This document shows positions 27,379-36,734 of a stretch of 64,000 nt of DNA, piece after piece. The stretch comes from an uncultured virus (IMG/VR IMGVR_UViG_3300027754_000074) (taxonomy: Duplodnaviria; Heunggongvirae; Uroviricota; Caudoviricetes): IMG/VR virus record IMGVR_UViG_3300027754_000074; one strand, given 5' to 3'. The first letter of the stretch is position 1. Every line of letters starts with the position of its first letter. A model generated the notes under the pieces. That model had not been told where the DNA came from. It did not search any database and worked only from the letters and a program-made list of their open reading frames with translations. The position numbers and the translations under genes are program-made.

Positions 27379-28830
27379 ATGACCGCTGAAAACACCGCCC
27401 CCGTCCTGACCCTCTCCCCCGATCAAGAGGCCGCCTGCGCGGCAATCCTCGAAGGGCTCCGCACGGGCGCTTCCCGGTCGCTGGTGCTCGTTGGCCCCGC
27501 CGGAACGGGGAAGACGACGGTAGTAAAGGAATTGGTGCGCCGCATCCGCGCCGCAGAAACCCGTCAAGTGGCGTTCGCCGCCCCCACCGGGAAAGCCACC
27601 GTGCGCCTGCGCGAGTCTACCGGCGAACAGGCCGCCACCGTTCACAGCTTGATCTACGGCAAGCCGACCAACATGGGACAATGCCCCGATACCGCCTGTG
27701 GCGAATGGTCGGCAGACCTCGCCCTGTCTCGCTTGGAGCTTCGCGCCCTGAGCCTGACGCACCGGGTTTGCCCGAAGTGCAAGGGCGCGAGCCTCCCCGA
27801 CGCGGACATCAAGGTAAAGCTCAAATTCGAGAAAAAGAAGGGCAACGCCGAGGAGACGGAGATTGAGAGTGACGCCATTTTGATTGTCGATGAGGCGTCG
27901 ATGGTCAACGAAGCCCTGCACGGCGACATATTAGAAAACCTCCCCGGCGTTACCGTGGTGTACGTCGGGGATCGGGAGCAGCTTCCCCCCGTCGAGGGGA
28001 ATTGGGGGCCGAATTTCGCGCACCCTACCGGCGCGCTTACGCAGATCCACCGGCAAGCCGCCGGGAATCCGATCATCGCGGTAGCGACCACGCTCCGCAC
28101 GCCGGGGGCGCTGAAGTACCCTTTTAGCCGCTCGGACGCCGACCGCGAAGGGCGCTTCGCGCTGGGCGACGGATCGGTAGACATCGCCGCCCGCTGGTTG
28201 ACCGAAGCCCGCGCCGCCAAAGAAGACGCAACCCTAATCACCTACACGAATCGCACCCGTCAGGCGGTCAATTGGCGCGTCCGCGAATTCCGGGGGCTGG
28301 TCGCGGAGTCCAACCGCTCCGGGCTGGCGGTAGTCGCCGGCGACCGCTTGCTTGTGCTAGGAAACAATCGCTCGCTGGGCGTGAGCAACGGCGAGGTCTT
28401 CGAGGTGGAGAGCGCCGAATGGCTCCCCCCCGGTAAGATCGTGGGCGAGGGCGAGATTGTCCGCGTGAAGCTCGTAGGGCGCGCTGAGAGCGTGCTGGTG
28501 CCTATGCCCGTCTTCGGGCTCGACCGCCGCGAGTTCATGGCGTATCGACGCGACCACGAAAACGCATGGGAGCACGCGAAGCGCGCCGATGCTTCCGGAG
28601 AGCGTGCAAAAGCCATGAATCTGGCCGATCCGGATACCATGCTTCACGCCGACTTCGGGGAGTGCCTGACCTGCCACAAATCGCAGGGTAGCCAATGGGC
28701 GCACGTCGGCGTTGTTTGGGACAAGCCCCTTTGGGGGATGTGGTTCAATGACGTGGCGACCGGTCGCCGCTGGGCGTACACGGCGGTTACCCGTGCAGCA
28801 CAAACCCTCCGAATTTGGTACGTCAAATGA
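27379..28830 (+). CDS. Dda/RecD-like SF1B helicase with Cys4 insert
   Basis: GPAGTGKT, APTGKA, VDEASM, GDREQLPPV, HKSQGS, YTAVTRA. Confidence 0.92.
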   Translation: MTAENTAPVLTLSPDQEAACAAILEGLRTGASRSLVLVGPAGTGKTTVVKELVRRIRAAETRQVAFAAPTGKATVRLRESTGEQAATVHSLIYGKPTNMGQCPDTACGEWSADLALSRLELRALSLTHRVCPKCKGASLPDADIKVKLKFEKKKGNAEETEIESDAILIVDEASMVNEALHGDILENLPGVTVVYVGDREQLPPVEGNWGPNFAHPTGALTQIHRQAAGNPIIAVATTLRTPGALKYPFSRSDADREGRFALGDGSVDIAARWLTEARAAKEDATLITYTNRTRQAVNWRVREFRGLVAESNRSGLAVVAGDRLLVLGNNRSLGVSNGEVFEVESAEWLPPGKIVGEGEIVRVKLVGRAESVLVPMPVFGLDRREFMAYRRDHENAWEHAKRADASGERAKAMNLADPDTMLHADFGECLTCHKSQGSQWAHVGVVWDKPLWGMWFNDVATGRRWAYTAVTRAAQTLRIWYVK

Positions 28831-29117
28831 ACCTCTACCTACTCCGCAGCCGGGCGACCGGTTGGAATAGTTACGATGCGTGCGTAGTGGCCGCCCCTGA
28901 CGAGGGGGCGGCCCGCCGCGTTCATCCCGCAGGCTCCGCCTACACCCTTTGGAACGAGGCCGCCGGATGGGGCTACTGGACGCCTGCGGGCGCGTTCCGC
29001 CAAGTGATCGTAGCGGAGTGGATCGAGGACATCGCAAACCTCGACGTGACGCTGATCGGCGTAGCCGTCGAGGGCACGCCGCAGGGGGTTGTCTGCGCGT
29101 CTTTCAACGCGGGATAG
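28827..29117 (+). CDS. Hypothetical phage protein
   Basis: ATGA coupling; YDACVVAA...CASFNAG. Confidence 0.75.
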   Translation: MNLYLLRSRATGWNSYDACVVAAPDEGAARRVHPAGSAYTLWNEAAGWGYWTPAGAFRQVIVAEWIEDIANLDVTLIGVAVEGTPQGVVCASFNAG

Positions 29118-29178
29118 TGCGCGTATGCGTTGCACGCGCCGCGCTGCTACGTTACCGAGTGGAAACACAGGAGCTTGA

Positions 29179-29385
29179 ATGTCTATTGACCTTGACGCGA
29201 TCCGGGCGGAGATTGCCCGTACCGCCGCGCTAATCGCGGAGATCGAGCGGCTAAACGCCGTACTGCGCGAGGCGGCGCGGGAGCGGGTGGCGTTAGTCGC
29301 GTGGATTCGCGCCAACGGGGGAATTGTCCTCGCAAGCGCCATCGAGCGCGGCGAACACCGCAGCAAGGGAGGGAGCCATGATTGA
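29179..29385 (+). CDS. IDLDAIR/ERGEH paralog 1
   Basis: IDLDAIR, AEIERL, LVAWIR, IERGEH. Confidence 0.75.
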   Translation: MSIDLDAIRAEIARTAALIAEIERLNAVLREAARERVALVAWIRANGGIVLASAIERGEHRSKGGSHD

Positions 29386-29683
29386 CCTTGACGCGATCCG
29401 CGCCCGGCTTCCCCGCTGGGGGAATGACGATTACCTCGCCTTGATCGGGGAGGTAGAGCGTTTGCGGACGCTCGCTTTTCACGCGGAGGGCCGCGCCGAT
29501 GAGGCGTACCGAGGGGGCTGGGTGGACGGCGAAGCGGCGGAGCGCGCCGCCGTCGCGGGCTGGCTGCGGAGGCCGCCTATCGGGGAGGGTGCGGAGCCGT
29601 CGCCGGGCGCGGCGGTACTTGCGATAGTGCTGCACACGCTCGCGGCGGCCATAGAGAGCGGCGAACACCGGGGGGGCAAGTGA
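29378..29683 (+). CDS. IDLDAIR/ERGEH paralog 2
   Basis: Shared motifs; GGAG RBS. Confidence 0.75.
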   Translation: MIDLDAIRARLPRWGNDDYLALIGEVERLRTLAFHAEGRADEAYRGGWVDGEAAERAAVAGWLRRPPIGEGAEPSPGAAVLAIVLHTLAAAIESGEHRGGK

Positions 29684-29958
29684 CCGACGCCCCCGCCGAC
29701 CCCGCCACGCTGGTAGCCGAGGTGGCGCGGCTACGCGCAAGCCTACGCGCCACGCGGCGCGTGCGCGACACTCTCCGGCTGAAGCTGACGCGCCTGAGCG
29801 CGATACTGCTACGCGCCGATGATTTGGCGACGGAGGCGGAGCGCGCCGCCGTGGTGGCGTGGCTCCGCGACCAAGCATACCTGACGCTCTACGAGTCCGC
29901 ACCCGTGGACATAGCCGCCGCCATTGAGCGCGGCGAACACGTCAAGGGGGGAGAATGA
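29680..29958 (+). CDS. IDLDAIR/ERGEH paralog 3
   Basis: AEVARLR, ERAAVVAWLR, IERGEH. Confidence 0.75.
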   Translation: MTDAPADPATLVAEVARLRASLRATRRVRDTLRLKLTRLSAILLRADDLATEAERAAVVAWLRDQAYLTLYESAPVDIAAAIERGEHVKGGE

Positions 29959-30413
29959 TCGACCTCGACGCGATCCGCGCACGGCTGGCCCGCGTGTGGG
30001 GACGCTGGCCCACAAAGGGGGCAACGGCCCCCGGAGCCGACGAGTTTGGGGCGAAGGCATGGGCGGCGCATGGCCCGCTGCGTTGCCACGCTACGCCGCA
30101 AGGCAGGGCGCGGGGATGGAAACAAGCGAACGCCGACGCTGATTTTATCGCCGCCGCGCCCGCCGACATCGGCGCGCTCATCGCGGAGGTGGAGCGGCTG
30201 CGCTCAATCAACGACGACTACCTGCTGGAGATGGGGAGGCAACACGCCCTGTTACGCGACCAAGCCCGTGAGGCCAAAACAGAACGCGCCGCCGGGGTGG
30301 CGTGGCTGCGCGAGTGGCAGAACACAATGGATGACCGCATCACGCACGACGACCTCGACTATGCCATCGCAGTCATCGAGCGCGGCGAACACCGCCGCGA
30401 GGGGGAGAAGTGA
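29955..30413 (+). CDS. IDLDAIR/ERGEH paralog 4 (Ead/Ea22-like insert)
   Basis: Shared motifs plus DADFIAAAPADIGALIAEVERLR. Confidence 0.75.
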   Translation: MIDLDAIRARLARVWGRWPTKGATAPGADEFGAKAWAAHGPLRCHATPQGRARGWKQANADADFIAAAPADIGALIAEVERLRSINDDYLLEMGRQHALLRDQAREAKTERAAGVAWLREWQNTMDDRITHDDLDYAIAVIERGEHRREGEK

Positions 30414-30676
30414 TGAAAAACTGGGAACGCGACGACAAGATCACCGAACTGCGCGACCGGCTGGTGGCGGCGCAGCGCGCTTTGCGGAGCACGGAGCGTC
30501 GGCTGCGGGAAGCCGAGGACGACAAGCGAGCGGCGCGCACAGCGATGGAGGAGGCGGAAATCGCCTACGATGAAGCGTCGTTCGACTGCACCGAGGCCGA
30601 GGAGGCGTACGCGGACGCTGACGTTGCGGAGCAGGAGCTTCGCGCCGAACTGGAAGCGTTGGAGGGTGAGTCGTGA
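30410..30676 (+). CDS. Acidic coiled-coil small protein
   Basis: Coupled ORF. Confidence 0.65.
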   Translation: MMKNWERDDKITELRDRLVAAQRALRSTERRLREAEDDKRAARTAMEEAEIAYDEASFDCTEAEEAYADADVAEQELRAELEALEGES

Positions 30677-30996
30677 TCGACATCGAATGGCTGCTTGCAT
30701 GGCTGCGCCGATCCGATGAGCAACGGCACCCGTGGTCTGTGACGCCGAACGAAGCCGCCGCTCTGGTAGCGGAGGTGGAGCGGTTGCGCGGCCAGCGGCA
30801 CGCAGACAACGAAGCCATCGCGGGGGCGTGGGACGCCGGGCGCGACAACGAACGCGCCGCCGTGGTCAAGTGGCTGCGCGACGAAGCCGCCCGGCTCCGC
30901 AAGGCCATGTTCGTGGGCTCCCGCGCCTACGTTCTGGAGTCTACCGCCTACATGATCGAAAACGGCGTACACGCCGAACAACAGGAGAAAACATGA
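30673..30996 (+). CDS. IDLDAIR/ERGEH paralog 5
   Basis: AEVERLR, ERAAVVKWLR, IENGVH. Confidence 0.75.
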   Translation: MIDIEWLLAWLRRSDEQRHPWSVTPNEAAALVAEVERLRGQRHADNEAIAGAWDAGRDNERAAVVKWLRDEAARLRKAMFVGSRAYVLESTAYMIENGVHAEQQEKT

Positions 30997-31376
30997 CCAT
31001 CGACCTTATGACCATCGACCTTGACGACATCCAAGCACGCTATGAGGCTATTCTCGACGGCGACGAACGGTGGTGTGCTGTCCAAGGGCAGATTCGTGCG
31101 GGATTGGCCGCTGTGATCGCTGCGGTCAAGCGGCTGCGGGCCGAAAACGAGGCTCTGCGCGAACGCTGCTTGTGGCATGAGGCCGACCAAACCGCAGGCT
31201 TTCACGATGCTGCTGCGTTGATTGCGGAGAACACCGAACTTCGCCGCCAACAAGGGGCCGTTATGGCGTGGCTCCGCGCACAAGCCGATGCCCCGCGCCT
31301 GACATGGGCCGAGATCGTCGCAGAGGTGGATCGGCGAAACGAGCGCGGCGAGCACCGCCGCAAGGGGGACGAATGA
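30993..31376 (+). CDS. IDLDAIR/ERGEH paralog 6
   Basis: IDLDDIQAR, AVMAWLR, ERGEH. Confidence 0.75.
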   Translation: MTIDLMTIDLDDIQARYEAILDGDERWCAVQGQIRAGLAAVIAAVKRLRAENEALRERCLWHEADQTAGFHDAAALIAENTELRRQQGAVMAWLRAQADAPRLTWAEIVAEVDRRNERGEHRRKGDE

Positions 31377-31666
31377 GCCAGTTTGATCGAGGCGTGGGCA
31401 CCTACTGGCCCACCGTCTGCTGCGACCCGCGCTGCACGACGACGCAGACCTGTCAGCGTGAGAGGCACGAACGCTACGGCAGTACTCCGGGGGAGAACTA
31501 CGGCTCCCGGTGCGTCCCGCCGCCGCCGCCCGCCCCCGCCGACGATTGGGCTGCTGTCGTCGCGTGGCTGCGCGAGCAGTCGGGCGGGCTGGAGGGGGAC
31601 GCCCTTCTGGAGTGGATGTCTGCCCGGATCAAACGCAACGAAGAACAACGTAAGGGGAACGAATGA
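31373..31666 (+). CDS. Paralog 7 (Cys-rich N-terminus)
   Basis: AAVVAWLRE; ATGA coupling. Confidence 0.6.
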   Translation: MSQFDRGVGTYWPTVCCDPRCTTTQTCQRERHERYGSTPGENYGSRCVPPPPPAPADDWAAVVAWLREQSGGLEGDALLEWMSARIKRNEEQRKGNE

Positions 31667-32046
31667 CCGACAACATGATCGAGCTTGGACGCCGCGCCGT
31701 CGCCTGCAAGGGCTGGCGGTGGATGCCGGGTATGCTCGCGGTAAACGAAAAAACGCGCTCTGAAGCGCGGGTATTGTACGATGGGACGGATCTATACGTC
31801 CTGTACGCCGAGGGTTACAGCTACATAGTCGGATCGGTGCCCGTGCTGACCGACCCCGCGACGGTCGGGTGCTTGCTCGCGTTGGTGCGGGAGGCGTGGG
31901 GGCCGGATCTCCGCATATTCCGAGACGGGGTTTGGTTTGTCGAGTATGTCCCGCCGCACGCGCCCGAAAATATGTACGGACAACGCACCTTCACCGGCGC
32001 GACCGAAGCGGAGGCGCTGGTAGACGCGCTGGTAAACGCGCCATGA
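31663..32046 (+). CDS. Hypothetical phage protein
   Basis: WRWMPGM..DPATVGCLLALVREAW. Confidence 0.75.
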   Translation: MTDNMIELGRRAVACKGWRWMPGMLAVNEKTRSEARVLYDGTDLYVLYAEGYSYIVGSVPVLTDPATVGCLLALVREAWGPDLRIFRDGVWFVEYVPPHAPENMYGQRTFTGATEAEALVDALVNAP

Positions 32047-32252
32047 TCCGCGCCATACGCCTTGACGTGCTCGACGCCCTATCCCTGCGGAGGCGGCTGG
32101 GGCGCGCTATAGGCGCTCCGGAGGCGTTAGCCCTACGCGCACCCGTCCTATGGCTCGCCGTGGCGCTGCTGGCCCGCGTAGCCCGTCTGGAGCGCATCGA
32201 GGCGGTCGCCGTAGGGCGCTTCCTGCGACCGGCGATCCGCGCTTTCCGATAG
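32043..32252 (+). CDS. Small hypothetical protein
   Basis: ATGA coupling. Confidence 0.45.
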   Translation: MIRAIRLDVLDALSLRRRLGRAIGAPEALALRAPVLWLAVALLARVARLERIEAVAVGRFLRPAIRAFR

Positions 32253-32322
32253 GCGCGGGAACGGGCCTGTAGGAGCGATTCGGGGCCGTTCCGAGTCAGA
32301 CTACGGATCGAGCCCGCTATAG

Positions 32323-32364
32323 AGCTTCCCGGTTTATTCTACCGGCAGAATGATCGGGGAAGCT
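32323..32364. repeat. 42-bp palindrome family, copy 5
   Basis: AGCTTCCCGGTTTATTCT-ACCGGC-AGAATGATCGGGGAAGCT. Confidence 0.9.
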
Positions 32365-32875
32365 ACCCGCGCTCGCAGAGGTAGATTCCGATACCTACCG
32401 CGTGCATCACGTCGTTTAGGTGCGTTTTACGGGGCGGGACAAGCACGGCGCTCCAAGCGGCGACTACCCCGGCGGGTAGGGGGCGCTCCCCCCGCAGCTT
32501 CGCGGCTACGCGCTCCCCCATGACCTCGCGGGGCACCTGCCCTTTCCATTCCGCCGGGAGCAGGGCGACCGGGCGGGCGCTGGGGAACGCGGCGAGGATC
32601 CCGCCGCCGATGGCGGAGAGCGCGAGTAGATCCGCAGGATCGCCCTTCCCCCGTGCGTACACCTGCATGGCTTCGACGGCGATCACGTCCGGGGGCGGCA
32701 GGGCTCCCGCAGCGCGCACTACACCGGCGACCGCCGCCGCCCATACCGCTCCCCTACCTTCGCCCTCGACGGGGAGCGCCGGGACGTAGGCGGCGCGCAG
32801 GAGCGCCCATCCGGAGGGGGTACGCGACCACCACGCGCACCCGCACCCGTGAACGCCGGGATCTATCGTGAGCAT
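32363..32875 (-). CDS. RuvC-like Holliday junction resolvase
   Basis: MLTIDPG, IAVE, PAEWKG, NDVMHAVGIG. Confidence 0.8.
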   Translation of the reverse strand: MLTIDPGVHGCGCAWWSRTPSGWALLRAAYVPALPVEGEGRGAVWAAAVAGVVRAAGALPPPDVIAVEAMQVYARGKGDPADLLALSAIGGGILAAFPSARPVALLPAEWKGQVPREVMGERVAAKLRGERPLPAGVVAAWSAVLVPPRKTHLNDVMHAVGIGIYLCERG

Positions 32876-32923
32876 CGAACGCCTCCGAGCGTCCCCTAAC
32901 CCCCGTCCGCGAGCGCCACGGGG

Positions 32924-33362
32924 TTTCATGGACGCGCCCCCTTTTTTGGTGGACGCCGCAATTCGTTTGGTGGACGGAAAAAACGGCCCGAACGGACAAA
33001 CGCCGAGAATATAGGTAATCCGTCCACGAAAATTCTCAGTCCACGTCTTTTTTCATTTGCACGAACCTGTAGGAAACAAAAGTTATACTTTATTGCCGTA
33101 TCTTATACAAACGGTCATTATTCCCGATAATCCCGATAATCCAAATACTCTAATAGCACGCGGTTTCACGAGATTTGTATAAGATATAGCAATAAACCGT
33201 AGCTTTTTATTCCTACAGGTTCGTGCAAATGAAAAAAGACGTGGACTGAGAATTTTCGTGGACGGATTTTCGATATTGTCGGCGTTTAGTCGTTGCGGGG
33301 GGTTTTGCCCGTCCACGAAACGGATCCGCCCGTCCACCAAAAAAGGGGGCGCGTCCATGAAA
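32924..33362. repeat. Large imperfect AT-rich inverted repeat, candidate replication origin
   Basis: Arms ~32924-33111 and ~33174-33362, ~62-bp loop, repeated GTGGAC/GTCCAC. Confidence 0.85.
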
Positions 33363-33440
33363 GCGAGCGCCCCCGTCCCTGAAAGCCCGGCTGCGCTTTT
33401 GCCGGTTGACGCTACGCGAGCGAGCGATTATCAGATTATC

Positions 33441-33992
33441 ATGCTCATCCGACCCCTAAACTACCCCGATACGTTGCTTCTAACTCCCTTTCTGGACATT
33501 CCGCGCCTTCGAGCGCGCCAACATGAGGCAGACATAGCGGACGCTCTCGCCGCCGCCGAGGTGGCTGCGGGAGCCGTGACCGCCGCGAAGACGGGCACCT
33601 ACCGGCTGGTGGCGGATCGGAGCGTGGCGATCACCGCCGCGCTGGCGGCCCGCCTTGCGGCACGGGCAACCCTGAAGCGGCGGCAGCTTCACCGCCCCGC
33701 CCGCCGCCTGACGCGGAGCGAGGTCGTGCGGGCGCTCATCGTGGCGGCAAGCTACCTCCCCCTTCCTGCTGCGACCGGGCGGGGCTCGAAGGGCGACCGG
33801 GCGACGACGGTAGCCCTCCCGGACGCGGTAGACGTGCTGCTGTCCCGCCTGCAACCGGACGGGCGGATCGCCCCCTTTCTGGATCGGGCGCTCGCCTCCC
33901 CGGACGTGGTGGCGCTGGCGACCACGATCCTGCTGCTGTCGGTCGCGGAGCAAGACGCCTTCGCTTACGACACGTTGCATATCGGCGGGTAA
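33441..33992 (+). CDS. Hypothetical protein, possible ribbon-helix-helix domains
   Basis: LTRSEVVRALI; start uncertain (33357 or 33441). Confidence 0.55.
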   Translation: MLIRPLNYPDTLLLTPFLDIPRLRARQHEADIADALAAAEVAAGAVTAAKTGTYRLVADRSVAITAALAARLAARATLKRRQLHRPARRLTRSEVVRALIVAASYLPLPAATGRGSKGDRATTVALPDAVDVLLSRLQPDGRIAPFLDRALASPDVVALATTILLLSVAEQDAFAYDTLHIGG

Positions 33993-34058
33993 CGCCGGGA
34001 TTCCGGTTGTTTGGTTTTTCCTTCGGGTATCCCCTTGTCCCGCTATTGACCGTGCGCT

Positions 34059-36734
34059 ATGACAGGTGACACCGCCTCCGGCACCGCTAACCGTCCCCCC
34101 CGCCTGCTCTCCGCCCCGGAGACGCGGGCTGTTTCCCCCTCTTTGCGAGTCCCTATGCCCGTATCCACCGTGCCGATCAGCGTTTTCCTGTCCGTACTGG
34201 ACAACGATCCGCTGGCGGCGACGTTGGAATGGCCCGGCGACCTGAACGATTGGCGGGAGATCGAACGGAAAGAGGCGGCCCCGCTGTGGTCGCCGGTGAC
34301 CTACCGCGACGGGGGCACGCGCACGAAGGGGGAGACGGCTCGGAACATCCTGAGCGCGCACGCCGTCGTGCTCGACTACGACGGCGGCGGCGGCGTCACG
34401 TTGGACGAGGCGACCGCTGCGTGGTCAGGCTTCGAGCACGCGGCCTATACGACCCATTCGCACCTACTGGTCAAGCCGCCAAAGTACCACGGGGAAGCCC
34501 GTTTCCGGCTTGTCCTCCCGCTCACCCGCTCGGTGACGGTCGCGGAGTACGACCGGGTATGGCATTGGGCGCAGGCGTTCGCGCAGGCTCGCGGCGTACC
34601 GTTCGATCCGCTCGCGGACGTGGGCCGCCTCTACTACGTCCCGGCGCACCGCCCCGGAACGGAGTATGACTACCGTTACAATCCTTCGCTCGACGTGCTC
34701 GATCCTGACGTAATCCTTGCTCTCTCGGGGGATGTTGTTGTTGAAAGCGCGCCCGTTTCGCGCACGTCGAGTTTCCCCATTCCGCTGTCCGCGCCCGCCC
34801 CTGTGGGGGGCGTGCCGGGCACCGGTCTTTTTTCGGGCATCACCAACGCCCACCAACGGGAAGACCTCGGCAGGATCGAGGCACAATGCGCGTTCATGGC
34901 GCACGCCCGCGCCGACGCCGCTACGCTCCCTGAGCCGGAGTGGTATGCGTGGCTTTCGGTTATCGCCCGTTGCCGCGACGGTGACCGGCTGGCGCATGAG
35001 ATCGGCAGCGCCCATCCTTCCTACTCGAAGGCGGAGACGAGCGAGAAGCTAAACCGGGCGCTGGCGGAATCCGGCCCGCGAACGTGCGCGGCTATGCGCG
35101 TCCTAAGCCCCGCCTGTCGCGGGTGCGCGCTGACTGTGACCTCCCCCGTCCTGCTGGGGCGGCCTGACCCGGTGACCGCCACCGTCGAAGAGGTACGCGA
35201 CGACCGCGCCGCCCGCGTGGCAAGCGCCGTAGAGCGCACCCGCGCCACGTTCGAGGCGCAAACCCGCATCGTCGCCCACCTGACCGTAGACGAGGCCCGC
35301 GCCCGTGCGCTGGCAACGCACGCCCGGCAGTTTGGCACGCCGGAGCTTGCCGCCGATGAGGCCGGAAAGCACGCCGTCCTGAAAGGCCGCCTGCGCGACG
35401 AAAAAGAGACGCTGAAAGAGGCGGAGCGGGCGTTCAACGCGGCGGAAGCGGACGCGAAGCGCGCTACCCGGCTGGCACAGGCCGATCCTCGGATCCTCTC
35501 CGATCCGCTGTTCGCCCTCGACATAAAAACCGGCTTGCCCCGCTCATCGTTGGGAAACGTCGCGCTCATTCTGGAGCGAGACGCGACCTACGGGGGGGTG
35601 TTCGCGCACAACCTCTTCGATGAGAAAGTCTACTACAACGGAAAGCTGGCCGCCGACCATCACGATTCGCAAATCAACATCGACATTGAACGCCGCTACG
35701 GGTTCGCCATGAAAACCTCACTTGTGCAGGAAGCTATTATGAAAATCGCCCATGAAAACGCCTTCCATCCCGTCCGCGACTACCTAAGCGCCCTCGAATG
35801 GGACGGCGAGGATCGGATCGCCTCCCTGTTCGCTACCGGTTTCGGCGCGGTCGGGGACGCGCAATACCTCTCCGAAGCGAGCCGGAAATTTGCAATTGGC
35901 GCGGTCGCCCGCATCCTGCAACCCGGTTGCCAGATGGACAATATGATCGTCCTGACGGGTAAGCAGGGCGCGGGGAAAAGCACGGGGCTCCGCGTGCTCG
36001 CGGGTACGGATTGGTTTGCGGATTCCGCGCTTTCGCTGGGGGATAAAGACAGCTATATGCAGCTTGCGGGGCGCTGGTTCTATGAGATCGCGGAGCTTGA
36101 TTCGTTCAAGAAGGCGGATAACACCCGTATCAAGGCGTTTATTACGTCGCGGGATGATACCTACCGCCCCCCTTACGGGCGGCACGTTGTCAAGCGGGCG
36201 CGTCAAACCGTGCTCGTCGGCTCGACCAACGAGCGCGAATTCCTGAACGATCCGACCGGGAGCCGGCGCTTCGTTCCCATCGCTATCGGCAGCGTTGACC
36301 TCGCGTGGCTGGCGGCGTGCCGCGACCAACTGTGGGCGGAGGCGGTCGTCCGCTACCACCGGGGGGAGATATGGCACTACGACGGGGAGAGCGCGGAGCG
36401 GCTGGCCGTGGAGAGCGCGCCCTACCAGCAGGACGATCCGTGGGAGCCGTTGGTGCATGACTTTTTGGTGCGCCGCAAGCAACCGACCGTCACGGTGCTT
36501 GACGCGCTCACCGGCGCGGTCGGCGTTTCCGTCTCGCAGATTAGCAAGGGCGAGAAGAGCCGCATGATCGCCGTGCTCCGGGCGCTCGGATGCGAAGAGT
36601 ACCGCGCTACGACTACGGCGGCGGATGGCGTCTACCGGCAGCGCGCCTTCCGGGTGCCTGCGGAAATCCTCGACAACGTGATCGCCCTCTCTCCCGGCGG
36701 TCGCGCTCCGGCCTTTGGCGGGGGTATCGCGTGA
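34059..36734 (+). CDS. Primase-helicase (AEP-type primase + PriCT-like + VapE/VirE ATPase)
   Basis: VVLDYD, YTTHSH, RFRLVLP; EPEWY; FHPVRDYL, GKQGAGKST, DPTGSRRF. Confidence 0.9.
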   Translation: MTGDTASGTANRPPRLLSAPETRAVSPSLRVPMPVSTVPISVFLSVLDNDPLAATLEWPGDLNDWREIERKEAAPLWSPVTYRDGGTRTKGETARNILSAHAVVLDYDGGGGVTLDEATAAWSGFEHAAYTTHSHLLVKPPKYHGEARFRLVLPLTRSVTVAEYDRVWHWAQAFAQARGVPFDPLADVGRLYYVPAHRPGTEYDYRYNPSLDVLDPDVILALSGDVVVESAPVSRTSSFPIPLSAPAPVGGVPGTGLFSGITNAHQREDLGRIEAQCAFMAHARADAATLPEPEWYAWLSVIARCRDGDRLAHEIGSAHPSYSKAETSEKLNRALAESGPRTCAAMRVLSPACRGCALTVTSPVLLGRPDPVTATVEEVRDDRAARVASAVERTRATFEAQTRIVAHLTVDEARARALATHARQFGTPELAADEAGKHAVLKGRLRDEKETLKEAERAFNAAEADAKRATRLAQADPRILSDPLFALDIKTGLPRSSLGNVALILERDATYGGVFAHNLFDEKVYYNGKLAADHHDSQINIDIERRYGFAMKTSLVQEAIMKIAHENAFHPVRDYLSALEWDGEDRIASLFATGFGAVGDAQYLSEASRKFAIGAVARILQPGCQMDNMIVLTGKQGAGKSTGLRVLAGTDWFADSALSLGDKDSYMQLAGRWFYEIAELDSFKKADNTRIKAFITSRDDTYRPPYGRHVVKRARQTVLVGSTNEREFLNDPTGSRRFVPIAIGSVDLAWLAACRDQLWAEAVVRYHRGEIWHYDGESAERLAVESAPYQQDDPWEPLVHDFLVRRKQPTVTVLDALTGAVGVSVSQISKGEKSRMIAVLRALGCEEYRATTTAADGVYRQRAFRVPAEILDNVIALSPGGRAPAFGGGIA

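Noticed and set aside
32924..33362. Inverted repeat as a pure assembly fold-back artefact
   Set aside because: The arms contain many mismatched blocks, whereas an artefact should be near-perfect
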